Shown: positions 35,194 through 48,500, numbered from the stretch's first letter. The stretch is DNA of 64,000 bases from Emiliania huxleyi CCMP1516 (GCF_000372725.1 NW_005201298.1:311393-375392); one strand, 5' to 3'. Numbers and translations: made by a program. Notes: generated from the sequence alone by a model not told the origin.

Positions 35194-36617
35194 TCATCCC
35201 GCTCCTGACCTGTCCTCTCCACACACAGCTGTCATGTCCCCTCTCCTCTCCCTCTTCTCTGCCAGCGGGCACGCCATCGTCCCGGATCGGTCTTCATATG
35301 TACGCCGCATCAAGCCGAAGGCCTCCGTCTTTGGCGGCACTGCGCCCCACGCCTCCTCGAGCGCGCTGCAGTCGCCCGCGAGCTTGAGGTGGCCCAGCAG
35401 CTTCCAGCCCGCGATCCGCCCGTCCATGGCGCCTCTGCCGCACCGTGCCGCCGCGCCCGCGCCGCAGAGCGGCCGGATCTCCGTCGCCGAGTGGCGCGCC
35501 GCGCCGAGTTCCTCGAAGAGGGTGAGCCCGGAGGCGCGCTCCACGTCGGCGAGCGGCACGGCGAACTCGTCGATGTCGGGGTGGCCGCGCACCTGCGGGA
35601 GAGCGGGAGAGCGCGGGGGCAGGTCCAGGACAGGTCCAGGACGGGTCCAGGACGCGTCCAGAGGAGGGAGGAGGGGCGGGTGGCGACGCGCGCCGGGGCG
35701 TTTGGCAGCAGGAAGGCGGCGAGTCGCCTCTCGCCCGTGCCCGTCTGCTCGGCCAACACCACCTTGAAGAGGTGCGTCGGGACAGCCACCTCGTGCGGAC
35801 CGATCACGTCGTAGGCGACGCGCCGCCGCCGTGGGCCGGGCCGCCGCCTGGCCGCACTCGCGTCGACGGCCGGAGAGGCAGAGGCGGCGGCTGCGGCTGA
35901 GGCTGCTGCCGGAGGCGGCGCGTCGCTCGCGGCGGAGCTGTCGTCCGGAAGGAAGAGTGGCCCTGTGCACGCGCAGAGACGTCTCAATCAACGGGCGGCC
36001 GGCACGCGACTGCAGTGCCAAGGTGAGGGCGGCGGGCGGGCGGCGGGCTGGTGCGCGGGCGCGAGGGCGCCCGAGACGACGTAGACGTCGCTGTACTCCT
36101 TGAGCAGGCCGCGCGACCAGCGCTCGAGCCGCAGCCAGTCGGAGCCGTTGTTGGAGAGCTCCTGCGGCAGAATGTTGGCCGAGAGCAGGAAGGTCTCGTC
36201 CAGCGCCTCCTGGGACTGCTTGTGCGCGCCGGCGGGAGCCATGTGGCCGCGCGACAGGCGCGAGCCTCGATAGTCGTCGTTGGTGGCTCGGAAGTCGGCC
36301 GGCACGCTCTCGTCGGCACGGAACTTGGAGTGCTTGCGGTCGACTCCGTCCGCATCGCTCTGGTCCCTCGAGTAGTGCTCCGCGACCCAGTTCGGGATCC
36401 TCAGCCGAAAGTTGATGCTGGAAGCGTATCCCTGCTTGACCACTACGTGCTCGTCCGAGGGCAGTCCATACGGGCAGAAGCGCCGTGCAAGCGCTGCAGG
36501 CGACGGAGGCGGCTCCTCCTCTTTGGACGGCCTCGACGCGCCGCCGAAGAGCACGGCGGCGGCGGCTCCGCCGACGGCGCCAGCCGCGGTGAAGCCGGCG
36601 GCGGCGAGGCGCTGCAT
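35194..36617 (-). CDS. ENDOG: Endonuclease G / Nuc1 (DNA/RNA non-specific endonuclease), multi-exon
   Basis: RIPNWVAEH; DYRGSRLSRGHMAPA; ETFLLSANILPQ; W.RLE; VAVPTHLFKV. Confidence 0.9.
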
Positions 36618-36810
36618 GTGTGTCGACCGGGCACCGCTAATACGCGGAGGAAGAAAGAAAGAAACCACAAAAACGCAAGGCAGGGAGGAAGAACGGCACG
36701 CCGCCACCACAAACGCGGAGGAAGGGGGCGCTGATCGACCGGGTCCCGCCAAAAATTACGCAGAAGGCGGGGCGCTGATGTACCCCTGTGTCAGTGTGCC
36801 TGTGTGGTAG

Positions 36811-37043
36811 CGAGAGACTGCCAGCGACACGCTGGAGGCAGGTCGCTAGACTGAGATGAGACCGCCAGTGGATGTGGGAGTCCACCGCGCACCGCGCTGC
36901 GAGCCTGTCGTGTCCCTTGTCAGGAGCAGGAGAGCCCACCTGTCCCCCTGATCGTCCTTCCAAAATCCTGCTCGTGCAGGTGGGGACCCTGTCCTCGTCC
37001 CATCCCTCGTTTGGCGTGTCTGTTTTCTTTCTTTCTTTCTTTT
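36811..37043 (+). mobile_element. Family A retroelement 3' end
   Basis: Near-identical to 2330-2560. Confidence 0.8.
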
Positions 37044-37277
37044 ACAAAACATATATTTTTTCTCTGATGTTCTGCGGTCCCTAATACGCATAAAAAAACG
37101 CGGACTCAATCAATTGTACTGCGGTGGTGTGAGTAAATGCACCATGAGCAAAAACCTGACAAGGAAAAGAATTTGCGGTATGCTAGCGTGGGATGTGTTC
37201 GACGGCCCCATGCCACAAAAAAGAAAAGAAGAAAACGGACCAAGAACGATAGACTTTTGCTGTAATTCTTTTTCTCG

Positions 37278-38745
37278 ATGTCTGCCCCGCGGCGCCGCTC
37301 GCGCCGCCTCGCCTCCGCCGCCACCGCCGCTCCCTCGACAGACACGCCGCCGCCCGCCCGCCTGCTCGACCTTCCCAGGGAGCTCCTCGAGCGCGCCCTC
37401 TCCCGCTGCGACCCCGCCGACATCGCTCGCGTCGCGGCCGTCTCGCTACCTCTTCCACGCCTCGCTTGCGGAGCAGGGCATCCGCTTGTGGGCGCAAGAG
37501 CGCGGCTTCGAGCTGCCGGCGCAGCCAGAGGGCGAGGGCTGCGCCGTGCGGTGGCTGTACTGTTCGGCGCTGCTGCGCGAGTCCAACGCGCCGGCGAGGG
37601 TGTCAGCAGGTGAACGGCACAGCGTCTTCATCGACGGCGAGGGGCGGCTCTCGTCGTGCGGGTCAGCGGCAAGGGAGGGCGAGGAGGAGGAGGATGACGA
37701 CGACGAGGAATTTCCAGGCCTTCTCGGCCACGGCGAGGGCGTGACGCAGCTCAACACGCCGACCCGCCTCCCGTCAATGCTGGGTGACGAGCGCGCCGTG
37801 AGCGTGGCGACTCGAGCATACCACAGCCTCGCCCTCACCGCCGACGGATCTGTGTGGAGCTGGGGCGGTGGACTCTTTGGCCAGTTGGGCCACGGCGACG
37901 AGCAGGACCAGCTGCTGCCCAAGAAGATCGAGACCTTTGCTGGCCGGCGCGTCGTCGCTGTGTCGGCTGGGTGGATGCACAGCCTCGCCATCACCGCCGA
38001 CGGCGCCGTCTGGAGCTGGGGCTGGGGAGGCTATGGCAAGCTGGGCCAGCGCGACCGGCACGCCCAGCTGCTGCCGATGAAGGTCGAGGCCTTTACTGGC
38101 CGGCGCGTCGTCACTGTGTCGGCTGGAGCCCGCCATAGCCTCGCCACCACGGCCGATGGCGCCGCTTGGAGCTGGGGCGCAGGGGGCAATGGCAGGCTGG
38201 GCCACGGCGACCGGCAGCGCCAGCTGCTGCCCAAAAAGGTCGAGGCCTTTGCTGGGCGGCGCGTCGTCGCTGTTGCGGCTGGAGGCATCCACAGCCTCGC
38301 CATCACCGCCGACGGCGCCGTCTGGAGCTGGGGCGAGGGAGGTGTTGGCCAGTTGGGCCACGGCGACATGCAGGGCCAGCCACTGCCCAAGAAGGTCGAG
38401 ACCTTTGCTGGCCGGCGCGTCGTCGCTGTGTCGGCGGGAGGTCGCCACAGCATCGCCATCACCGCCGACGGCGCCGTCTGGAGCTGGGGCTGGGGAGCCT
38501 CTGGCCAGCTGGGCCACGGCGACCAGCAGAACCAGCTGCTGCCCAAGCAGGTCGAGGCCTTCGCTGGGCAGCGCGTCGTCGCTGTGTCGGCTGCGGAATA
38601 CAATAGCTTCGCCATCGCCGCCGACGGCGGTGTTCATGCTTGGGGTCTGGGCGAACGCGGCTGCCTTGGCCACGGAGAGGACCTGTCGCACCAGCTGCTG
38701 CCCAAGAAGATCGAGCGATTCGAGGAGAGGGGGCTGGGGCAGTGA
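37278..38745 (+). CDS. F-box-like plus RCC1-repeat protein; frameshift near 37447
   Basis: LLDLPRELLERAL; about six repeats of HSLAITADGAVWSWG.G..GQLGHGD. Confidence 0.85.
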
Positions 38746-38842
38746 GAGGGTTTGCTCGCGTGCGAGCTCCGTCGATATTCTTATAGTGTGTTGAGCACGG
38801 GAAAAAGGCCATTTCTGATGCGCGCACCGCGGGCCGCACACT

Positions 38843-39297
38843 CAGTGTGCAAACTTTACCGGTATGGGAGTTTTTGGCTAATCAAACCCAAGGCCTGCAC
38901 TAATCAAAAAGTGGTACGGGATACCAGTTGCCGCACGGAAATCAAAGCGAGTCGGAGTGCCTTCTTGGTGGCAAAATCGGCAAAATCGGCAAAATACCGG
39001 GTATTTTGCGGGTATACCTGGAAAACCCCGGGTATACCCGGGTAATACCCGCACTTTTGCATGGTTTCGCCCCCGGGACCACACCGACAGCCGCTACAAC
39101 TAATGAAAACCCCGCATACCACTTTCGCATACCACTATACCATACCTGCGACGGTGTATCATTCACTTTATGCCACCGTTGCATATCCGGATATGCAACG
39201 GTGGCATAAAGTGAATGATACACCGTCGCAATACCACTCCAAAGTTAATCAAAATATCGCCAAATACCGGTCTCATACCGGTAAAGTTTGCACACTG
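38843..39297. mobile_element. hAT-like MITE
   Basis: TIR CAGTGTGCAAACTTTACCGGTATG; 8-bp TSD CGCACACT at 38835-38842 and 39298-39305. Confidence 0.92.
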
Positions 39298-39356
39298 CGC
39301 ACACTACTCGGGGGCGCCCTGAAAAAAAAACTCTGACATTTTACGAACTCCTTGGC

Positions 39357-39583
39357 TGGCACAGAGGAGGCTGGGCTGCTGAACTTAGGATGCCTGCGGA
39401 AGGCTGGCGAGAGCCGGCGACCCACACCCGCAACTCATATTTATCACAACAAGCCATTATGCCCCAACAGGCCCCACCACCCCACCCCTAGGCAATGTAG
39501 CGCACATGTCTAGTCCGGAGAGGACGGGGGGGGGGGGGGGGAGGGGATAGCACTGTGCCGAGTATTTTGGATTAAAGCAATTT
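39357..39583 (+). mobile_element. Retroposed fragment between 18-bp direct repeats
   Basis: TTTTACGAACTCCTTGGC at 39339-39356 and 39584-39601; T-rich end. Confidence 0.6.
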
Positions 39584-39663
39584 TTTTACGAACTCCTTGG
39601 CGACGTGCGCGTCGCGTCGCCAAGGCTCTCCAAACCTCCACACACAGCAGTCCACTCATACCG

Positions 39664-39710
39664 TCCTCCCATCCCTCCCTTGGGTTGTCTGTTTTCTTTC
39701 TTTTTTTCCC
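39664..39710 (+). mobile_element. ~47-bp minimal retroposed unit (family D)
   Basis: TCCTCCCATCCCTCCCTTGGGTTGTCTGTTTTCTTTCT(n); TSD CATACCG at 39657-39663 and 39711-39717. Confidence 0.75.
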
Positions 39711-40125
39711 CATACCGCGTTGAAACGGACATCCCAAGCCAGAGCTGGGTCGAGGACAGAACACGTTCCCACCTTTGCATCTTAACCAGCCGCGCTTTAT
39801 AAATCCGATCTCCCATCCCTCCCTTGCCTGGTGTGTTTTGTTTAAAAGATCGGTGTTGTGTGTGTGGGTTTGGGTTTCAAGCGTTGAGATGTGCTATCTC
39901 TCACGCGCGCAAAGGGACCGGATGAATGCTCGACTCGCACTCCTCCGTGTCACCCTCCGGCGATCTCCAGCCAAACCACTTGATCCAGTACGTTTGCTCC
40001 CCGAGAGGCTGCAGCGTGCCGCGGCGCAGTACCGCTGCCGGGCTGGCACCGCTGCCGCAAAGGGAGTCGACCGGGCACCGCTGCCGCTAAAAACGCGAAG
40101 GGGGCGCTGCCGTCAGGCGGACTTT

Positions 40126-40215
40126 TAAAAGAATTCTTAAGATACAAGCCTCTCTCACAGCACACTGGCACGACAAGGGCGCGGACTGGCGCGGACTGGC
40201 ACACACACAGGCTCA
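40126..40215 (+). other. Uninterrupted copy of the AAAAGAATTCTTAAG module
   Basis: Nearly equals 11784-11823 joined to 12559-12595. Confidence 0.85.
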
Positions 40216-40219
40216 CTTC

Positions 40220-41559
40220 TAGGTCATGGAGGTGAGGCTCGGCTGCAGGGACCCGACGCGGGCGCACGATCCGGACACCAACCCGTACCAGCGGGGCGAC
40301 GGCGTCTTCGGCAACTATGCAGAGTCAGCACGCGCCGTGGTGTACGACGGCACGTGCGTCACCGCGGTGCACCATGACAGGCTGCGCCCGCTGGCGAGCG
40401 GCAAGCGCCTAGCCACCGACTACGCCGAGGCGACGAAGCGGAAGGCCAAGGCAGCGGCGTGCGACGCCAAAAACTGCGACTTTATGACGTGGGCGGCGAG
40501 CACGCGTGGCGGCATCGGGCACGAGGCGGCGACGTGGTTCAACACCAACTTCGACATCAAGGCCGCTAAGGCGTCCTCCGACAGCGAACGATGGCGGGTC
40601 AGTAGCGAGCGCAAGCGCTTCCTGCAAGTGCACTCGACCATCGTCGCGAGGCGCAACGCCGCCATCTTCGACTACAACGCGTGGCCGAAGATGGGCGGCG
40701 AGATGCCGCGGGCGCCTCGAGAGCAGTACGAGTAGGGACGGGCGAGGGAGGAGGGGCGCTGACCACGGGCGACTACGAGTCGAAGGTTCGAGGACGACTA
40801 CTCGCCGCCTGGGTCGTTTGGGGCGCGCGGCTCCGTCGAGGACCGGGCGCGCCCCTTACCCGGCGCGGCGTAGGTCCCACTCTGACGTATAGAGGGGAGG
40901 CACGGACAACGGCCCGATCCATCAATTCCACTCATCTTCCGGTGCTTGGCCCCGTGCAACAGCGGTCCGGCAGGCTGCCCCCAAGGCCCCCCGGGCCGCT
41001 GCGGGTTTGGGAGTTATGCTTAGGCACAGCTTCGGCGATGGCAGCCCCTCTCTGGGGTGTTGCATAGGCGGGGAGTTTCCCCCGCTGGTCTCCTCCTTCC
41101 CATTTTTTTCTTTTCTTTTGAGAGCAGGACGCCGGGTTTGTCTTGTATGTGCATGTCGGGCCTGGGTGTGTGTGAGGGGCAGAGGAGCGGGAGCGTGCGG
41201 GGCAGAGGCCCAACGTCGGGCGGCTTGTCGGGGTCCGGATCATTCGAGGGGGGAACGAGGAGGGGAGAATGGGCGGTCGGCGTCGGGGTAGCAGGCTGCA
41301 GGGCGTACGGGGTAGCCGTCACTTTCCTGCCTCACAAGGGCGGGGCTGTCCCGGAAAGTGAGAGACGCCGGGCAGCGTGGCGCATTACTGAACCCTCCCA
41401 TACGTGCTTGTGCTTCCTCCTTCGCTGTCCCATCTCCTCATCTCTTTCCCGCCTGGGCGGGGCGGTGGGCGGGCGCGCGGTGCGGCGTGGCGTGTGCGTG
41501 TGTGCGACTGCAACGAAGGACCGCTCGCAGAGGACCATTGGGTTTGTACTATTAACAAC
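40220..41559 (+). mobile_element. 5'-truncated RLE-type non-LTR retrotransposon, family E (ORF remnant 40226-40735 plus 3' UTR)
   Basis: RGDGVF..VVYDGT..AEATKRKAK..FMTWAASTRGGIG..STIVARRNA; 3' end TATTAACAAC as in the 2577 copy. Confidence 0.8.
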
Positions 41560-41648
41560 AAAGGCGCTCTCAAAAAAAGAAAAAGCGTACGGAGCGAAGA
41601 ACAAACAAAAACCGGCCGCGCAAGTCACACGGGGGGGCGACAAAGTGC

Positions 41649-42176
41649 ATGCACATCCCGCCGGTCGGCAGCTACGCGGCGGTCCGCCTGCAGCGGCACG
41701 GCGCCGGGCAGCGGTTGGTCGCAGCGCTTCCGGTCGCAGCGGGCGCGGCGATCTTCCGCTTCAGCGGCCAGATCGTCGGGCGCAACACCGGCGACCGCTG
41801 TCTGCAGGTTGGTCAGCAGAGCTTCCTCACGCCAGCCAGCCAAGAGGGCGAGCCTCCGTGGGTCTTCCTCCAGCACTCGTTCCGTCCGAGTGTGCGCATC
41901 ACGCACCCTCCGCTCGCGCCTCGCGATCCCGATCCTCCGGTGCTGACCGCAACGGCGATCGAGGCGCTCCCGGCCGGCGCGCCGCTCACCTTTGACTACA
42001 CGCTGCACGAGTATGTGATGCACGGCGACGGCTTTGTCTGCGAGGAGACGGGCCGGCAGGTGCGGGGCTTCCGCTTCCTCGAGCGGGCGGAGCAGGAGGC
42101 GGCGCTCCCCCGCGCCATGCGGCACATCCGAAGCCAGCACAGCCAGTTTTTGTTTGGACAGGAGAGTCGGTGCTGA
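41649..42176 (+). CDS. Small SET-domain-like protein
   Basis: FLQHSFRPSV (NHSCxPN-like); ALPAGAPLTFDY; post-SET-like F.C..GRQVRGF. Confidence 0.8.
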   Translation: MHIPPVGSYAAVRLQRHGAGQRLVAALPVAAGAAIFRFSGQIVGRNTGDRCLQVGQQSFLTPASQEGEPPWVFLQHSFRPSVRITHPPLAPRDPDPPVLTATAIEALPAGAPLTFDYTLHEYVMHGDGFVCEETGRQVRGFRFLERAEQEAALPRAMRHIRSQHSQFLFGQESRC

Positions 42177-43185
42177 CACCCGCCCGACGCGTGTGCCTTT
42201 TCGTTGTGCCAAAAAGCCTTGTGCGTTTGTCGGGTGTCGCGCTTGAACACCATGACCTTTGTGCACACCGTGTAAAAGAGGGCGTGCGGCGCGGAGATAG
42301 CGCGTAAGCGGGGACGCCCTACGTGGCTGGGTTCACAGCGGTAGGAAAATTGGGGGACCAACTCACGTGAGCTCTGTGTCTTGTTTGCCAACAACATACC
42401 AACTCACGGTCGCGGCCTTCCGACTCGCGCCTCCGCCTCACTGGCACTGTAGCCCTTGCCGGTGCGCGTGCTCAGTTGAAGTTCCGGAGTAAAAATTCGA
42501 ATGCGTTCTCTCCCGGTGACCAAAAAATGTCCACCTCAGAGGCACCTCCGGAGGCAGGCCGCCGCACGCCGGCGACACAGCTCCAGCTGTCGAACTGACC
42601 CGCAGGTCCTCTCAGAGCGGGAACTGTGACGAAAAGTGACTGAAGCGGTTGTCAGGAACCATCATACGGATCACATGGTGGCTCTCTCATGACGGGAGAC
42701 CGCCCGACCACTCCTGGGTGGCACTGCCACCGGTGTCGCTCGACGTCCTGTCGACAGCGTGCCGACAGCGACACAGACCATGTGGGACGCGTCGAGTGTC
42801 GACCTCTACTGCTTACCCAGCCTTCGAGTTTATCCTGGCTGTGGTCCCACACCCACTGGTGTCCATCTCAGAGACCGCAGGAGGTCATGAGGGTCGATGG
42901 GAGTGCCAACCCCACAATGCCTAAAAACCTAATGCCTAAACCCCCCCTATACAGTAGGAGCCGCCGCAGATACGGCCCGCGAGCCGCAGCGCGTCCAGCG
43001 AGACCGTAACGCGCACACGCCGTACCCCGCTCCACACTACCTTCAGGTCGTCGATGTGCTTTTGACGAGGTCGAGGTCCACGCGAGAGAGATTTTTAGCA
43101 ATACCAAACAACTCTAACACTCACACGTAATTTGGGGCCTGGAGCCCTTTTTTTGTGTTTTCCACGCGAGGAGGACAACACTTTT

Positions 43186-43587
43186 TGCACTTTGAATGCC
43201 GCGTGGGGCTCCTGCCCGTGTCCGGGTGTGGAGATGCGAGGGTCGCCCCCCCTTGCCCCACCACTTTGTGTGTGTGGAAAAAATTACCTTACCTACCTTA
43301 CCTTACTTTTTTGTCATTATACGGCTTTAGAGAGGTTTCGCGCTCGTGATCGTTGATGAAAACACAGGAACACGAGCGAGCGTGTGCCCTGAAGGGCGGA
43401 GAGAGAGAGACCATTCTACGCGTTACCGTACCCTACCTCACTCCTCAGGTCGTAGTTCTCGTAGCCTAGCTGCACTTTGAATGCCGTGGGGCTCCTGTCG
43501 TCAGACGTGGAGACGCGAGGGTTGCCCCCCCTTGCCCCACCACCTCGTGTGTGTGGAGAAGTTTACCTTACCTTACCTTACCTTACT
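43186..43587 (+). mobile_element. Two family C retroelement 3' ends (43186-43305 and 43471-43587)
   Basis: Both run TGCACTTTGAATGCC...CTTGCCCCACCAC...(TTACC)n. Confidence 0.85.
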
Positions 43588-43718
43588 CTAAGCGTATGCT
43601 GAACGTGTACCGCGGAGCTCCACGCTCCACACCGCGATGGGAGCGGCCCCCGCGCGCGGTTGGCGAGACACACGCACAACTGCGCCAGGCATTCACGCCA
43701 AGCTGAACGATTCAACGA

Positions 43719-45353
43719 GAGTAATGGAAATCTCTGCGCAAGACCAGTAGATCGTTGGGGTAGAGATAGTAGATTAAGACTGGAGATCCTAGCGGATCTC
43801 TCACACGGACACGCCCAAGTCTCGCCAGTAGATCCGTCCTGTCCGGTTCCCCATTCAAGACTAAAGATCGAAGATTGAGATTGTGGATTGCAGATCGCTC
43901 TGAGCAGCAACAGGGCCAAAATGTGGAGATAGGAGATGGAGAATGCAGATTGTAGATCCTAGCGCCCAGCCATCCGCCCCAGATGTGAGATCGAAGATTG
44001 AAAATGGAGGTCGTAGATTGCTGCCGGCGGCGACAGTGGCCAAGTAGAAGATTGGAGATTGGAGATGAGAGATGGTCAGTGTGAATGAATCCAAATTGCA
44101 TCTCCTTGAAGGTTTGAGCCCCCCTCCTCCCCCGGGCCCCCGAATCGAGATTGGAGATTGGAGATTGGAGATTGAGATCGGAGATCTGATCCGGCCTAAG
44201 ATGACGACGTTGGAGATTGGAGATTGAAGATGGAGATCGGAGATCTGACTGGATCCCCGGCCTAAGATGACGACGCTGTGGATTAGAGAATATTGGAGAT
44301 GGGGAGATCGGAGCCCACCCACCCCCTAGAGCCTAGTGGTGTTGATATATGTTTTATAGATTTTTGTTTTTTCCTGTGGTCTGTGCGCGGACGGCCCGGG
44401 GAGCCTGCGGCGCCATTTTAATCTGCGCTCCTCTTTATGGCCTGCGGCGCCTGGCTTGAGCTTGGAAGTGTAAACGAGTCCGCCAGGGCGGTCTGCAAAC
44501 GGAGCGCGCTGCGCGCGCGGTCTATGTACGCGGTCTATGTCGACGAGCCTATTTGCCGAGTTGGCAGCGTGAACCATGATACCGCCCCCAGTTTGGAGTA
44601 GACCGCGCGCGCCGCGCAGCGCGCTTCGTGTTTGCAGACCGCCCTGGCGGACTCGTTTACACTTCCAAGCTCAAGCCAGGCGCCGCAGGCCATAAAGAGG
44701 AGCGCAGATTAAAATGGCGCCGCAGGCTCCCCGGGCCGTCCGCGCACAGACCTTTATCTAAAAACAAAACAAGAAAATCGATGAGACACCACTAGGGGCT
44801 GGAGGGCTCCGATCTCCATCTCTCCAGTACTCTCCAATCTCCAGCGTCGCTATATCTTAGGCCGGATCCAGTCAGATCTCCGATCTCCATCTTCAATCTC
44901 CAATCTCCAACGTCGTCATCTTAGGCCGGATTCAGTCAGATCTCCGATCTCCATCTCCAATCTCCAATCTCCACTGTCGATTCGGGGGCCCGGGGGAGGA
45001 GGGGGGCTCAAACCTTCAAGGAGATGCGCTATGGACTCATTCACAATGCAAAAGGATCTCCACCCTCTTTTCGCGCCATTTTGCAATCTCCAGTCGGCCC
45101 ACACGATCTCTAGGCGCCTTTGGCGCGAAGTCAGAATCTCCACCTCTGTCGCAAGATCTCAAGCGACTGCACGCACCAAACGCGAGATCTCAGACTCCTC
45201 TCGAGCATCTACACCGGAGAAGATTTGCCTCCACCAGTTCTTCAATCTACTGCAGCTCTTGGCAGGAGATTTGCCACTTAAGAGATCTCTAAAAGGCATC
45301 TACGATCTACAGTCCAAGGATCTTCCGATGTTGCGCAGAGATTTCCATGTATG
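43719..45353. mobile_element. Foldback-type palindromic element, ~1.6 kb
   Basis: Outer IR ATGGAAATCTCTGCGCAA; GGAGATT arrays mirrored by AATCTCC; inner perfect IR 44378-44500 versus 44630-44752; candidate TSD TTCAACGA at 43711-43718 and 45354-45361. Confidence 0.85.
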
Positions 45354-45572
45354 TTCAACGATGCCGCACATGCACAATGAACAACCACAAAGAGACGCAA
45401 ACGGCGGAGACCGCGGAGAGCGCCGCACACCCCCCGGGCACGACGCGGCGACGCGCTGCGCAAGCTGATACTGGGACCTGTGTGTACCAAAGTGAGTGCC
45501 ATGACGGAAGTCCGAGCGTGTCCAAGACGTCGGGGAGAGACTGGGGCAGGACTGACAGGCCCGTGAAGCCGC

Positions 45573-48500
45573 TCACGCCAAGCAGAGCTTCTCGATCCCG
45601 CCGGTGGTCGGCTCGGCATGTCGCCTCGCCTGCTGCATGGCTCGTAGGAAAGGCGCGGTGCCGCCGCCGTCGATTTCGAGCGAGTCGCGGAGCAGCGAAG
45701 GCCCTCTCCCCAAGGGGCCCGCGGCCTAGGGCTCCCTGCCGGCGGCGCCACCCCGGGCTCCGAGGAGAGAGGGCGGCGGCACGTGCGCGCGCAGGAGGGC
45801 GTCGGCGGGGGCGATTGCTTCGGCGGCGAGCGACTCGAGCTCGCTCCGCTGGTCGGAGGCGAGGTGGGAGAGCAGGGCGGAGTGGCGCGCCCCCGGCTCG
45901 CTGCTCGCCGCGAGGAGCGAGTCGAGCAGCGAGAGGACCGCCGAGTTTGCGAGCGAGTCGCGCACGCCGCCCCCTCCGCCGCGGTCCGCAGCGACGAGGC
46001 AGACGAGCCGCCCGACCAGCGGAGCGACGCCTAACACGCCGACCTCACGTGACCCTTCCTGGAACCGTCTCCGGCCCGCCCTGGCGGAGGAGCGGGCCGC
46101 CGTCGGCGTGGGCCGCCTCCGCAGCCTCGGCGAGCAGCACGCGCACGAAGCGAGCGACCGAGCAGCGCAGCACGCGGCCCGGCTGCTCGAGCAGACCGCT
46201 CAGCGACCGCCACAGCTGCGGCGAGGTGGCGACGAAGAGGCCTCGCTCGCCGTGCGCGCCGAGGAGGGACGCGAGCAGCTCGAGGAGGACCTAACACCCT
46301 CGGGTCATCTCGGGTGATCTCGAGTGATCTCGGAGCGGGGGGGGAGCAGCTCGAGGAGGACCGGCGCCGCCGCCGCGGCGGGGAGAGGCGAGTGCGGCAG
46401 CTGCGCGGCCTCGGGGGCTGGGCCGGCACGAGCGAGGTGGCCGAGGTGGAGGATCAGGGAGGAGACGCAGCCGCCGGGCGCGTACGCCGCGGCGAGGAAG
46501 GGCGCCTGTGTGGCCAGTGCTGACTCAGTCAGCAACGGCTTTGGTGGCGCGCCTGCGGGGCGAGCCCTCGCACCTCGGCCTCCTCCATCGAGGAGGGGTC
46601 GAGGAGGGCGCCGAGCAGCTCTGCGGGCAGAGACAAGGGCGAGCTCAAGGGCGTGGGCAAAGGGTGGGTGGGTGGGTGGGTGGGTGGGGGGGAGGGGGGG
46701 GGGGGGGGCGCACCTGCGGCCTGGCGCGCCACGCCCTCGTCGGCGGTGTCGCACAGGCGAGCAGCGAGCAGCTGGGAGGTGGAGGCCGCAGCGGCGGGAG
46801 GTGGAGGGGCCGCGGTGCCGCCGGACGCGTCGGGGAGGTGCGACGCGTCGGCCTGCGATGCTGCGGCTGCCTGCTCGGGGGCGGGTGGCAGCCCAGCCTC
46901 CGGCGGCCCCGCCTTCAGCTGCGCGACCTCGTCGCTCCGGAGGAGGGACGGGTCGTGGCTGCAGACCGCCGACAAGACGTCGCAGCAGCGCACATGCGCG
47001 CCGGCGGGGGCGGATGCCGCGCCGAGCGTGGATCGTGCGGCGGCGAGGAGGCCGAGCGAGGTGAGGCGGCGGTAGACGCGGGCCCGCTCGATCGGGTGGA
47101 GCCTACGGCGGCAAGGGGGGCTCGGCCCGTGCGGTCGGAGAGAGGCGAAGGCGCGTCGCAAGTCGAATCGCACCCGGAGGCGAGCGCAGTCAGCTCGCGG
47201 ACCAAGGACCTGCGGCCGAGGGGAGGCGAGAGGATGGGGAGAGGAGAGCGGTGCCGGCTCGCGCAGCAGGGGGCCAGAGCAGCGCCTCCTGTACCACGGC
47301 TACCTCTCGGCTACCTCTCGGCTACCTCTCGGCTACCTCTCGGCTACCTCTCGGCTACATCTCGGCTACATCTCGGGACCAGAGCTGGAGCAGCGCCGCG
47401 CCGTCGCCGCCGCGCGCGTGGTGGCGGAGGCTGGAGAGGAGGGCGGAGAGGAAGGGCTCGTCCTAACCTCGGGCAATCTCGGCTAACCTCCGTGTCCGGC
47501 CTCGGGGGCAGGGCGGGGAGAGGACGCGGCTCGTCCTGCTGCAGCTTTGCCACGACTGCATGGGCGTTGCCCTGCGCGGCTGCGCTCACTACGTCGGCGA
47601 CGCCTGCGCGGGGAGGGGGTCGCGGCGTCCGCCACTGCGGGCGAGGGGCGAGGGCAGCGGCGGGGCAGGCGCGGCGCCGTGCTCTGCGAGTCTGGGCAGG
47701 AGCGGCAGGACCTGCGAGGAGGGGCGGGGCGGGTGGCGGTGTGGCGTCGCTCGCTCTGTGGCGACGCGAGGCGGCGGGGCACCGAGTCTTGCAGCAGCTG
47801 CATCCGGCGCAGGGCCTGCACGAGCGCGAGCCCCTCCTCGTCCTCCCACGCCAGCGGGCAGGGCGGCCAGGCGGGCGAGGCGAGGCGGGCGCGGAAGGCG
47901 GTGTTCGCGGCGTCTGTCTCCACGTGTAGCAGCGCGCGCGTTTCGTGCTCCAGCGCGCCAAAGACAAAGGACGCGCCGTCGTCCTTCATGAGCCGCCGCA
48001 GCGCAGGCGCCTGTTTGCAGCCCGCAGCCGTGAGGCGACGCCGCCGGCAGCTGCGCCACGAGCCGCCGCGGGCGCGCGTCTGCGAGCGCGAGGAGAAGGG
48101 AGGCCACGCGGCCGAAGGCGGCGGGCGGTTCGCCGCTGGACGCCTCCGCGGCGGCGAAGGCGGAGGCGATCGAGGCGATGTAGTCGTCCGCCTCGCCGCC
48201 CGCCGACTCGGCCACGATGCCCAGAGCGGAGAGCAGCGAGCCGCCGGGCGGCTCCTCGGGGGGCGAGTAGTTGTCCGAGTAGAGCAGCGAGCCGAGGAGC
48301 CGCTCGAGCTCGCAGAGCCCGCCCTCGCTTGCGGGGTCGGGCAGCGGCGCGGGAACCGCGGCGCCGCTGGCCGAGCCCGCCGCCGTCGTCACCACCCCAG
48401 CCGCCGCCTGCAGCATCACGATGTCCTCCCACACGCCAGAGGCCTCTTCGGCGGTGTCGAAGTGCATCGCCCACTCGTCGCCGTCGATCGGGAGCGCGTG

